Shown here one piece after another: positions 26,901 to 40,600 of a DNA stretch of 64,000 nt. The stretch lies in the NCBI GenBank assembly GCA_043228905.1, contig JBHGNT010000063.1, forward strand, positions 1 through 64,000. The letters run 5' to 3'. The DNA is from Azolla caroliniana. Taxonomy: Eukaryota > Plantae > Polypodiophyta. The notes beneath the pieces were generated by a model, which made no database searches, was not told where the DNA came from, and was given only the letters and a program-made list of their open reading frames with translations. Made by a program: the position numbers and the translations under genes. Positions within the stretch are counted from its first letter, which is position 1. Each line of letters begins with the position of its first letter.

Positions 26901-28652
26901 GGCTCGTGTGATATCGGATTTTTGTGTTCAAACATGCGAATCGAAGCTAACAACGCTACCTATGATATGGAATTAAAAAATTAAGATTTTGAAACTCAGG
27001 TCGAGACACATGACGAAAATAGCAAACTTGAGGAGTGAGTTGAGAAGAGCCCTTGAGTAAATTAAAATGTTCATACCTGGCTCGTGTGATATCGGAATTT
27101 TGTGTTCAAACATGCAAATCGAAGCTAACAACGCTAGCTATGATATGGAATTAAAAAATCAAGATTTTGAAACTCAGGTCGAGAGACATGACGAAATTAG
27201 CAAACTTGAGGAGGGAGTTGAGAGGAGCCCTTGAGTAAATTAAAATGTTCATACCTGGCTCGTGTGATATCGGATTTTTGTGTTCAAACATGCAAATCGA
27301 AGCTAACAACGCTAGCTATGATATGGAATTAAAAAATCAAGATTTCGAAACTCAAGTCCAGAGACATGACGAAAATAGCAAACTTGAGGAGGGAGTTGAG
27401 AGGAGCCCTTGAGTAAATTAAAATGTTCATACCTGGCTCGTGTGATATCGGATTTTTGTGTTCAAACATGCAAATCGAAGCTAACAACGCTAGCTATGAT
27501 ATGGAATTAAAAAATCAAGATTTTGAAACTCAGGTCGAGAGACATGACGAAATTACCAAATTTGAGGAGTGAGTTGAGAAGAGCTAGTAGGTAAATTTAA
27601 ATGTTCAGACTTGGATCGTGGGATATCCGATTTTTGTGTTCAAACATGCGAATCGAAGCTAACAACGCTAGGTATGATATGGAATTAAAAAATCAAGATT
27701 TTGAAACTCAAGTCGAGAGACATGACGAAATTACCAAATTTGAGGAGTGAGTTGAGAAGAGCCCTTGAGTAAATTAAAATGTTCATACCTGGCTCGTGTG
27801 ATATCGGAATTTTGTGTTCAAACATGCAAATCGAAGCTAACAACGCGAGCTATGATATGGAATTAAAAAATCAAGATTTTGAAACTCAGGTCGAGAGACA
27901 TGACGAAATTACCAAATTTGAGGAGTGAGTTGAGAACAGCCGTTGAGTAAATTAAAATGTTCATACCTGGCTCGTGTAATATCGGATTTTTGTGTTCAAA
28001 CATGCGAATCGAAGCTAACGACGTGAGCTATGATATGGAATTAAAAAATCAAGAATTTGAAACTCAGGTCGAGAGACATGACGAAATTACTAAATTTGAG
28101 GAGTGAGTTGAGAACAGCCCTTGAGTAAATTAAAATGTTCATACCTGGCTCATGTGATATCGGACATTTGTGTTCAAACATGCAAATCGAAGCTAACAAC
28201 GCTAGCTATGATATGGAATTAAAAATTCAAGAATTTGAAACTCAGGTCGAGAGACATGACGAAAATAGCAAACTTGAGGAGGGAGTTGAGAGGAGCCCTT
28301 GAGTAAATTAAAATGTTCATACCTGGCTCGTGTGATATCGGATTTTTGTGTTCAAACATGCAAATCGAAGCTAACAACGCTAGCTATGATATGGAATTAA
28401 AAAATCAAGATTTTGAAACTCAGGTCGAGAGACATGACGAAATTACCAAATTTGAGGAGTGAGTTGAGAACAGCCGTTGAGTAAATTAAAATGTTCATAC
28501 CTGGCTCGTGTAATATCGGATTTTTGTGTTCAAACATGCGAATCGAAGCTAACGACGTGAGCTATGATATGGAATTAAAAAATCAAGAATTTGAAACTCA
28601 GGTCGAGAGACATGACGAAATTACCAAATTTGAGGAGTGAGTTGAGAACAGC
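8920..28652 (+). repeat. Large tandem duplication: 54-monomer copy (~8920-18506) and 57-monomer copy (~18507-28652)
   Basis: Shared rare variants at coherent offsets: AAACATGAGG 9071/18658 and +1 insertion 9321/18908 (9587); GGCGAC 11721/21130 (9409); GCAAGTAGG 14411/23845 (9434); TTGGATCGTGGGATATCCGA 17465/27611 (10146). ORF-track spacings agree. Boundaries are approximate to within one monomer. Confidence 0.92.
13371..13523 (+). repeat. Truncated 153-bp monomer (25-bp internal deletion at 13473/13474)
   Basis: Reads GGAATTAA|CGAGAGACATG; the missing AAAATCAAGATTTTGAAACTCAAGT is intact in the paralogous monomer at 22883-22907. Confidence 0.95.
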
Positions 28653-31600
28653 CCTTGAGTAAATTAAAATGTTCATACCTGGCTCGTGTGATATCGGATT
28701 TTTGTGTTCAAACATGCAAATCGAAGCTAACAACGCTAGCTATGATATGGAATTAAAAAATCAAGATTTTGAAACTCAAGTCCAGAGACATGATGAAAAT
28801 AGCAAATTTGAGGAGGGAGTTGAGAGGAGCCCTTGAGTTAATTAAAATGTTCATACCTGGCTCGTGTGATATCGGATTTTTGTGTTTAAACATGCAAACC
28901 GAAGCTAACAACGCTAGCTATGATATGGAATTAAAAAATCAAGATTTTGAAACTCAGGTCGAGAGACATGACGAAATTACCAAATTTGAGGAGTGAGTTG
29001 AGAAGAGCTAGTAGGTAAATTTAAATGTTCATACTTGGCTCGTGTGATATCGGATTTTTGTGTTCAAACATGCGAATCGAAGCTAACAACGATAGCTATG
29101 ATATGGAATTAAAAAATCAAGATTTTCAAACTCAAGTCGAGAGACATGACGAAATTACCAAATTTGAGGAGTGAGTTGAGAAGAGCTAGTAGGTAAATTT
29201 AAATGTTCATACTTGGCTCGTGTGATATCGGATTTTTGTGTTCAAACATGCGAATCGAAGCTAACAACGATAGCTATGATATGGAATTAAAAAATCAAGA
29301 TTTTGAAACTCATGTCGAGAGACATGACGAAATTACCAAATTTGAGGAGTGAGTTGAGAACAGCCCTTGAGTAAATTAAAATGTTCATACCTGGCTCGTG
29401 TGATATCGGAATTTTGTGTTCAAACATGCAAATCGAAGCTAACAACGCTAGCTATGATATGGAATTAAAAAATCAAGATTTTGAAACTCAGGTCAAGAGA
29501 CATGACGAAATTAGCAAACTTGAGGAGGGAGTTGAGAGGAGCCCTTGAGTAAATTAAAATGTTCATACCTGGCTCGTGTGATATCGGATTTTTGTGTTCA
29601 AACATGCAAATCGAAGCTAACAACGCTAGCTATGATATGGAATTAAAAAATCAAGATTTTGAAACTCAAGTCCAGGGACATGACGAAAATAGCAAACTTG
29701 AGGAGGGAGTTGAGAGGAGCCCTTGAGTAAATTAAAATGTTCATACCTGGCTCATGTGATATCGGATTTTTGTGTTCAACCATGCGAATCGAAGCTAAGA
29801 ATGCTAGCTATGATATGGAATTAAAAAATCAAGATTTGGAAACTCAGGTCGAGAGACATGACGAAATTACCACATTTGAGAAGTGAGTTGAGAAGAGCCC
29901 TTGAGTAAATTAAAATGTTCATACCTGGCTCGTGTAATATCGGATTTTTGTGTTTAAACATGCAAATCGAAGCTAACAACGCGAGCTATGATATGGAATT
30001 AAAAAATCAAGATTTTGAAACTCAGGTTGAGAGACATGACCAAATTACCAAATTTGAGGAGTGAGTTGAGAACAGCCCTTGAGTAAATTAAAATGTTCAT
30101 ACCTGGCTCGTGTAATATCGGATTTTTGTGTTCAAACATGCGAATCGAAGCTAACACTTCTAGCTATGATATGGAATTAAAAAATCAAGATTTTGAAACT
30201 CAGGTCGAGAGACATGACGAAATTACCAAATTTGAGGAGTGAGTTGAGAAGAGCTAGTAGGTAAATTTAAATGTTCATACTTGGCTCGTGTGATATCGGA
30301 TTTTTGTGTTCAAACATGCGAATCGAAGCTAACAACGATAGCTATGATATGGAATTAAAAAATCAAGAATTTGAAACTCAGGTCGAGAGACATGACGAAA
30401 ATAGCAAACTTGAGGAGGGAGTTGAGAGTAGCCCTTGAGTAAATTAAAATGTTCATACCTGGCTCGTGTGATATCGGATTTTTGTGTTCAAACATGCAAA
30501 TCGAAGCTAACAACGCTAGGTATGATATGGAATTAAAAAATCAAGAATTTGTAACTCAGGTCGAGAGACATGACGAAAATAGCAAACTTGAGGAGGGAGT
30601 TGAGAGGAGCCCTTGAGTAAATTAAAATGTTCATACCTGGCTCGTGTGATATCGGATTTTTGTGTTCAAACATGCAAATCGAAGCTAACAACGCTAGCTA
30701 TGATATGGAATTAAAAAATCAAGATTTTGAAACTCAACTCGAGAGACATGACGAAATTACCAAATTTGAGGAGTGAGTTAAGAAGAGCCCTTGAGTAAAT
30801 TAAAATGTTCATACCTGGCTCGTGTGATATCGGAATTTTGTGTTCAAACATGCAAATCGAAGCTAACAACGCGAGCTATGATATGGAATTAAAAAATCAA
30901 GATTTTGAAACTCAGGTCCAGAGACATGACGAAATTACCAAATTTGAGGAGTGAGTTGAGAAGAGCTAGTAGGTAAATTTAAATGTTCATACTTGGCTCG
31001 TGTGATATCGGATTTTTGTGTTCACACATGCGAATCGAAGCTAACAACGCTAGCTATGATATGGAATTAAAAAATCAAGAATTGGAAACTCAGGTCGAGA
31101 GACATGACGAAATTACCAAATTTGAGGAGTGAGTTGAGAAGAGCCCTTGAGTAAATTAAAATGTTCATACCTGGCTCGTGTGATATCGGAATTTTGTGTT
31201 CAAACATGCAAATCGAAGCTAACAACGCTAGCTATGATATGGAATTAAAAAATCAAGATTTTGAAACTCAAGTCGAGAGACATGACGAAATTACCAAATT
31301 TGAGGAGTGAGTTGAGAAGAGCTAGTAGGTAAATTTAAATGTTCATACTTGGCTCGTGGGATATCGGAATTTTGTGTTCAAACATGCAAATCGAAGCTAA
31401 CAACGCTACCTATGATATGGAATTAAAAAATCAAGAATTTGAAACTCAGGTCGAGACACATGACGAAAATAGCAAACTTGAGGAGTGAGTTGAGAAGAGC
31501 CCTTGAGTAAATTAAAATGTTCATACCTGGCTCGTGTGATATCGGAATTTTGTGTTCAAACATGCAAATCGAAGCTAACAACGCGAGCTATGATATGGAA

Positions 31601-34600
31601 TTAAAAAATCAAGATTTTGAAACTCAGGTCGAGAGACATGACGAAATTACCAAATTTGAGGAGTGAGTTGAGAACAGCCGTTGAGTAAATTAAAATGTTC
31701 ATACCTGGCTCGTGTAATATCGGATTTTTGTGTTCAAACATGCGAATCGAAGCTAACGACGTGAGCTATGATATGGAATTAAAAAATCAAGAATTTGAAA
31801 CTCAGGTCGAGAGACATGACGAAATTACCAAATTTGAGGAGTGAGTTGAGAACAGCCCTTGAGTAAATTAAAATGTTCATACCTGGCTCGTGTGATATCG
31901 GATTTTTGTGTTCAAACATGCAAATCGAAGCTAACAACGCTAGCTATGATATGGAATTAAAAAATCAAGATTTTGAAACTCAAGTCTAGAGACATGACGA
32001 AAATAGCAAACTTGAGGAGGGGGTTGAGAGGAGCCCTTGAGTTAATTAAAATGTTCATACCTGGCTCGTGTGATATCGGATTTTTGTGTTTAAACATGCA
32101 AACCGAAGCTAACAACGCTAGCTATGATATGGAATTAAAAAATCAAGATTTTGAAACTCAGGTCGAGAGACATGACGAAATTACCAAATTTGAGGAGTGA
32201 GTTGAGAAGAGCTAGTAGGTAAATTTAAATGTTCATACTTGGCTCGTGTGATATCGGATTTTTGTGTTCAAACATGCGAATCGAAGCTAACAACGATAGC
32301 TATGATATGGAATTAAAAAATCAAGATTTTCAAACTCAAGTCGAGAGACATGACGAAATTACCAAATTTGAGGAGTGAGTTGAGAAGAGCTAGTAGGTAA
32401 ATTTAAATGTTCATACTTGGCTCGTGTGATATCGGATTTTTGTGTTCAAACATGCGAATCGAAGCTAACAACGATAGCTATGATATGGAATTAAAAAATC
32501 AAGATTTTGAAACTCAAGTCGAGAGACATGACGAAATTACCAAATTTGAGGAGTGAGTTGAGAACAGCCCTTGAGTAAATTAAAATGTTCATACCTGGCT
32601 CGTGTGATATCGGAATTTTGTGTTCAAACATGCAAATCGAAGCTAACAACGCTAGCTATGATATGGAATTAAAAAATCAAGATTTTGAAACTCAGGTCGA
32701 GAGACATGACGAAATTAGCAAACTTGAGGAGGGAGTTGAGAGGAGCCCTTGAGTAAATTAAAATGTTCATACCTGGCTCGTGTGATATCGGATTTTTGTG
32801 TTCAAACATGCAAATCGAAGCTAACAACGCTAGCTATGATATGGAATTAAAAAATCAAGATTTCGAAACTCAAGTCCAGAGACATGACGAAAATAGCAAA
32901 CTTGAGGAGGGAGTTGAGAGGAGCCCTTGAGTAAATTAAAATGTTCATACCTGGCTCGTGTGATATCGGATTTTTGTGTTCAAACATGCAAATCGAAGCT
33001 AACAACGCTAGCTATGATATGGAATTAAAAAATCAAGATTTTGAAACTCAGGTCGAGAGACATGACGAAATTACCAAATTTGAGGAGTGAGTTGAGAAGA
33101 GCTAGTAGGTAAATTTAAATGTTCATACTTGGCTCGTGGGATATCGGATTTTTGTGTTCAAACATGCGAATCGAAGCTAACAACGCTAGGTATGATATGG
33201 AATTAAAAAATCAAGATTTTGAAACTCAAGTCGAGAGACATGACGAAATTACCAAATTTGAGGAGTGAGTTGAGAAGAGCCCTTGAGTAAATTAAAATGT
33301 TCATACCTGGCTCGTGTGATATCGGAATTTTGTGTTCAAACATGCAAATCGAAGCTAACAACGCTACCTATGATATGGAATTAAAAAATCAAGAATTTGA
33401 AACTCAGGTCGAGACACATGACGAAAATAGCAAACTTGAGGAGTGAGTTGAGAACAGCCGTTGAGTAAATTAAAATGTTCATACCTGGCTCGTGTGATAT
33501 CGGAATTTTGTGTTCAAACATGCAAATCGAAGCTAACGACGCGAGCTATGATATGGAATTAAAAAATCAAGATTTTGAAACTCAGGTCGAGAGACATGAC
33601 GAAATTACCAAATTTGAGGAGTGAGTTGAGAACAGCCGTTGAGTAAATTAAAATGTTCATACCTGGCTCGTGTAATATCGGATTTTTGTGTTCAAACATG
33701 CGAATCGAAGCTAACGACATGAGCTATGATATGGAATTAAAAAATCAAGAATTTGAAACTCAGGTCGAGAGACATGACGAAATTACCAAATTTGAGGAGT
33801 GAGTTGAGAGCAGCCCTTGAGTAAATTAAAATGTTCATACCTGGCTCGTGTGATATCGGATTTTTGTGTTCAAACATGCAAATCGAAGCTAACAACGCTA
33901 GCTATGATATGGAATTAAAAAATCAAGATTTTGAAACTCAAGTCTAGAGACATGACGAAAATAGCAAACTTGAGGAGGGAGTTGAGAGGAGCCCTTGAGT
34001 TAATTAAAATGTTCATACCTGGCTCGTGTGATATCGGATTTTTGTGTTTAAACATGCAAACCGAAGCTAACAACGCTAGCTATGATATGGAATTAAAAAA
34101 TCAAGATTTTGAAACTCAGGTCGAGAGACATGATGAAATTACCAAATTTGAGGAGTGAGTTGAGAAGAGCTAGTAGGTAAATTTAAATGTTCATACTTGG
34201 CTCGTGTGATATCGGATTTTTGTGTTCAAACATGCGAATCGAAGCTAACAACGATAGCTATGATATGGAATTAAAAAATCAAGATTTTCAAACTCAAGTC
34301 GAGAGACATGACGAAATTACCAAATTTGAGGAGTGAGTTGAGAAGAGCTAGTAGGTAAATTTAAATGTTCATACTTGGCTCGTGTGATATCGGATTTTTG
34401 TGTTCAAACATGCGAATCGAAGCTACCAACGATAGCTATGATATGGAATTAAAAAATCAAGATTTTGAAACTCAAGTCGAGAGACATGACGAAATTACCA
34501 AATTTGAGGAGTGAGTTGAGAACAGCCCTTGAGTAAATTAAAATGTTCATACCTGGCTCGTGTGATATCGGATTTTTGTGTTCAAACATGCGAATCGAAG

Positions 34601-37600
34601 CTAACAACGCTACCTATGATATGGAATTAAAAAATTAAGATTTTGAAACTCAGGTCGAGACACATGACGAAAATAGCAAACTTGAGGAGTGAGTTGAGAA
34701 GAGCCCTTGAGTAAATTAAAATGTTCATACCTGGCTCGTGTGATATCGGAATTTTGTGTTCAAACATGCAAATCGAAGCTAACAACGCTAGCTATGATAT
34801 GGAATTAAAAAATCAAGATTTTGAAACTCAGGTCGAGAGACATGACGAAATTAGCAAACTTGAGGAGGGAGTTGAGAGGAGCCCTTGAGTAAATTAAAAT
34901 GTTCATACCTGGCTCGTGTGATATCGGATTTTTGTGTTCAAACATGCAAATCGAAGCTAACAACGCTAGCTATGATATGGAATTAAAAAATCAAGATTTC
35001 GAAACTCAAGTCCAGAGACATGACGAAAATAGCAAACTTGAGGAGGGAGTTGAGAGGAGCCCTTGAGTAAATTAAAATGTTCATACCTGGCTCGTGTGAT
35101 ATCGGATTTTTGTGTTCAAACATGCAAATCGAAGCTAACAACGCTAGCTATGATATGGAATTAAAAAATCAAGATTTTGAAACTCAGGTCGAGAGACATG
35201 ACGAAATTACCAAATTTGAGGAGTGAGTTGAGAAGAGCTAGTAGGTAAATTTAAATGTTCATACTTGGATCGTGGGATATCGGATTTTTGTGTTCAAACA
35301 TGCGAATCGAAGCTAACAACGCTAGGTATGATATGGAATTAAAAAATCAAGATTTTGAAACTCAAGTCGAGAGACATGACGAAATTACCAAATTTGAGGA
35401 GTGAGTTGAGAAGAGCCCTTGAGTAAATTAAAATGTTCATACCTGGCTCGTGTGATATCGGAATTTTGTGTTCAAACATGCAAATCGAAGCTAACAACGC
35501 GAGCTATGATATGGAATTAAAAAATCAAGATTTTGAAACTCAGGTCGAGAGACATGACGAAATTACCAAATTTGAGGAGTGAGTTGAGAACAGCCGTTGA
35601 GTAAATTAAAATGTTCATACCTGGCTCGTGTAATATCGGATTTTTGTGTTCAAACATGCGAATCGAAGCTAACGACGTGAGCTATGATATGGAATTAAAA
35701 AATCAAGAATTTGAAACTCAGGTCGAGAGACATGACGAAATTACTAAATTTGAGGAGTGAGTTGAGAACAGCCCTTGAGTAAATTAAAATGTTCATACCT
35801 GGCTCATGTGATATCGGACATTTGTGTTCAAACATGCAAATCGAAGCTAACAACGCTAGCTATGATATGGAATTAAAAATTCAAGAATTTGAAACTCAGG
35901 TCGAGAGACATGACGAAAATAGCAAACTTGAGGAGGGAGTTGAGAGGAGCCCTTGAGTAAATTAAAATGTTCATACCTGGCTCGTGTGATATCGGATTTT
36001 TGTGTTCAAACATGCAAATCGAAGCTAACAACGCTAGCTATGATATGGAATTAAAAAATCAAGATTTTGAAACTCAGGTCGAGAGACATGACGAAATTAC
36101 CAAATTTGAGGAGTGAGTTGAGAACAGCCGTTGAGTAAATTAAAATGTTCATACCTGGCTCGTGTAATATCGGATTTTTGTGTTCAAACATGCGAATCGA
36201 AGCTAACGACGTGAGCTATGATATGGAATTAAAAAATCAAGAATTTGAAACTCAGGTCGAGAGACATGACGAAATTACCAAATTTGAGGAGTGAGTTGAG
36301 AACAGCCCTTGAGTAAATTAAAATGTTCATACCTGGCTCGTGTGATATCGGATTTTTGTGTTCAAACATGCAAATCGAAGCTAACAACGCTAGCTATGAT
36401 ATGGAATTAAAAAATCAAGATTTTGAAACTCAAGTCCAGAGACATGACGAAAATAGCAAATTTGAGGAGGGAGTTGAGAGGAGCCCTTGAGTTAATTAAA
36501 ATGTTCATACCTGGCTCGTGTGATATCGGATTTTTGTGTTTAAACATGCAAACCGAAGCTAACAACGCTAGCTATGATATGGAATTAAAAAATCAAGATT
36601 TTGAAACTCAGGTCGAGAGACATGACGAAATTACCAAATTTGAGGAGTGAGTTGAGAAGAGCTAGTAGGTAAATTTAAATGTTCATACTTGGCTCGTGTG
36701 ATATCGGATTTTTGTGTTCAAACATGCGAATCGAAGCTAACAACGATAGCTATGATATGGAATTAAAAAATCAAGATTTTCAAACTCAAGTCGAGAGACA
36801 TGACGAAATTACCAAATTTGAGGAGTGAGTTGAGAAGAGCTAGTAGGTAAATTTAAATGTTCATACTTGGCTCGTGTGATATCGGATTTTTGTGTTCAAA
36901 CATGCGAATCGAAGCTAACAACGATAGCTATGATATGGAATTAAAAAATCAAGATTTTGAAACTCATGTCGAGAGACATGACGAAATTACCAAATTTGAG
37001 GAGTGAGTTGAGAACAGCCCTTGAGTAAATTAAAATGTTCATACCTGGCTCGTGTGATATCGGAATTTTGTGTTCAAACATGCAAATCGAAGCTAACAAC
37101 GCTAGCTATGATATGGAATTAAAAAATCAAGATTTTGAAACTCAGGTCGAGAGACATGACGAAATTGCCAAATTTGAGGAGTGAGTTGAGAAGAGCTAGT
37201 AGGTAAATTTAAATGTTCATACCTGGCTCGTGTGATATCGGATTTTTGTGTTCAAACATGCAAATCGAAGCTAACAACGCTAGCTATGATATGGAATTAA
37301 AAAATCAAGATTTTGAAACTCAGGTCGAGAGACATGACGAAATTACCAAATTTGAGGAGTGAGTTGAGAAGAGCTAGTAGGTAAATTTAAATGTTCATAC
37401 TTGGATCGTGGGATATCGGATTTTTGTGTTCAAACATGCGAATCGAAGCTAACAACGCTAGGTATGATATGGAATTAAAAAATCAAGATTTTGAAACTCA
37501 AGTCGAGAGACATGACGAAATTACCAAATTTGAGGAGTGAGTTGAGAAGAGCCCTTGAGTAAATTAAAATGTTCATACCTGGCTCGTGTGATATCGGAAT

Positions 37601-40600
37601 TTTGTGTTCAAACATGCAAATCGAAGCTAACAACGCGAGCTATGATATGGAATTAAAAAATCAAGATTTTGAAACTCAGGTCGAGAGACATGACGAAATT
37701 ACCAAATTTGAGGAGTGAGTTGAGAACAGCCGTTGAGTAAATTAAAATGTTCATACCTGGCTCGTGTAATATCGGATTTTTGTGTTCAAACATGCGAATC
37801 GAAGCTAACGACGTGAGCTATGATATGGAATTAAAAAATCAAGAATTTGAAACTCAGGTCGAGAGACATGACGAAATTACTAAATTTGAGGAGTGAGTTG
37901 AGAACAGCCCTTGAGTAAATTAAAATGTTCATACCTGGCTCATGTGATATCGGACATTTGTGTTCAAACATGCAAATCGAAGCTAACAACGCTAGCTATG
38001 ATATGGAATTAAAAATTCAAGAATTTGAAACTCAGGTCGAGAGACATGACGAAAATAGCAAACTTGAGGAGGGAGTTGAGAGGAGCCCTTGAGTAAATTA
38101 AAATGTTCATACCTGGCTCGTGTGATATCGGATTTTTGTGTTCAAACATGCAAATCGAAGCTAACAACGCTAGCTATGATATGGAATTAAAAAATCAAGA
38201 TTTTGAAACTCAGGTCGAGAGACATGACGAAATTACCAAATTTGAGGAGTGAGTTGAGAACAGCCGTTGAGTAAATTAAAATGTTCATACCTGGCTCGTG
38301 TAATATCGGATTTTTGTGTTCAAACATGCGAATCGAAGCTAACGACGTGAGCTATGATATGGAATTAAAAAATCAAGAATTTGAAACTCAGGTCGAGAGA
38401 CATGACGAAATTACCAAATTTGAGGAGTGAGTTGAGAACAGCCCTTGAGTAAATTAAAATGTTCATACCTGGCTCGTGTGATATCGGATTTTTGTGTTCA
38501 AACATGCAAATCGAAGCTCACAACGCTAGCTATGATATGGAATTAAAAAATCAAGATTTTGAAACTCAAGTCCAGAGACATGACGAAAATAGCAAATTTG
38601 AGGAGGGAGTTGAGAGGAGCCCTTGAGTTAATTAAAATGTTCATACCTGGCTCGTGTGATATCGGATTTTTGTGTTTAAACATGCAAACCGAAGCTAACA
38701 ACGCTAGCTATGATATGGAATTAAAAAATCAAGATTTTGAAACTCAGGTCGAGAGACATGACGAAATTACCAAATTTGAGGAGTGAGTTGAGAAGAGCTA
38801 GTAGGTAAATTTAAATGTTCATACTTGGCTCGTGTGATATCGGATTTTTGTGTTCAAACATGCGAATCGAAGCTAACAACGATAGCTATGATATGGAATT
38901 AAAAAATCAAGATTTTCAAACTCAAGTCGAGAGACATGACGAAATTACCAAATTTGAGGAGTGAGTTGAGAAGAGCTAGTAGGTAAATTTAAATGTTCAT
39001 ACTTGGCTCGTGTGATATCGGATTTTTGTGTTCAAACATGCGAATCGAAGCTAACAACGATAGCTATGATATGGAATTAAAAAATCAAGATTTTGAAACT
39101 CATGTCGAGAGACATGACGAAATTACCAAATTTGAGGAGTGAGTTGAGAACAGCCCTTGAGTAAATTAAAATGTTCATACCTGGCTCGTGTGATATCGGA
39201 ATTTTGTGTTCAAACATGCAAATCGAAGCTAACAACGCTAGCTATGATATGGAATTAAAAAATCAAGATTTCGAAACTCAAGTCCAGAGACATGACGAAA
39301 ATAGCAAACCTGAGGAGGGAGTTGAGAGGAGCCCTTGAGTAAATTAAAATGTTCATACCTGGCTCGTGTGATATCGGATTTTTGTGTTCAAACATGCAAA
39401 TCGAAGCTAACAACGCTAGCTATGATATGGAATTAAAAAATCAAGATTTTGAAACTCAGGTCGAGAGACATGACGAAATTACCAAATTTGAGGAGTGAGT
39501 TGAGAAGAGCTAGTAGGTAAATTTAAATGTTCATACTTGGATCGTGGGATATCGGATTTTTGTGTTCAAACATGCGAATCGAAGCTAACAACGCTAGGTA
39601 TGATATGGAATTAAAAAATCAAGATTTTGAAACTCAAGTCGAGAGACATGACGAAATTACCAAATTTGAGGAGTGAGTTGAGAAGAGCCCTTGAGTAAAT
39701 TAAAATGTTCATACCTGGCTCGTGTGATATCGGAATTTTGTGTTCAAACATGCAAATCGAAGCTAACAACGCGAGCTATGATATGGAATTAAAAAATCAA
39801 GATTTTGAAACTCAGGTCGAGAGACATGACGAAATTACCAAATTTGAGGAGTGAGTTGAGAACAGCCGTTGAGTAAATTAAAATGTTCATACCTGGCTCG
39901 TGTAATATCGGATTTTTGTGTTCAAACATGCGAATCGAAGCTAACGACGTGAGCTATGATATGGAATTAAAAAATCAAGAATTTGAAACTCAGGTCGAGA
40001 GACATGACGAAATTACTAAATTTGAGGAGTGAGTTGAGAACAGCCCTTGAGTAAATTAAAATGTTCATACCTGGCTCATGTGATATCGGACATTTGTGTT
40101 CAAACATGCAAATCGAAGCTAACAACGCTAGCTATGATATGGAATTAAAAATTCAAGAATTTGAAACTCAGGTCGAGAGACATGACGAAAATAGCAAACT
40201 TGAGGAGGGAGTTGAGAGGAGCCCTTGAGTAAATTAAAATGTTCATACCTGGCTCGTGTGATATCGGATTTTTGTGTTCAAACATGCAAATCGAAGCTAA
40301 CAACGCTAGCTATGATATGGAATTAAAAAATCAAGATTTTGAAACTCAGGTCGAGAGACATGACGAAATTACCAAATTTGAGGAGTGAGTTGAGAACAGC
40401 CGTTGAGTAAATTAAAATGTTCATACCTGGCTCGTGTAATATCGGATTTTTGTGTTCAAACATGCGAATCGAAGCTAACGACGTGAGCTATGATATGGAA
40501 TTAAAAAATCAAGAATTTGAAACTCAGGTCGAGAGACATGACGAAATTACCAAATTTGAGGAGTGAGTTGAGAACAGCCCTTGAGTAAATTAAAATGTTC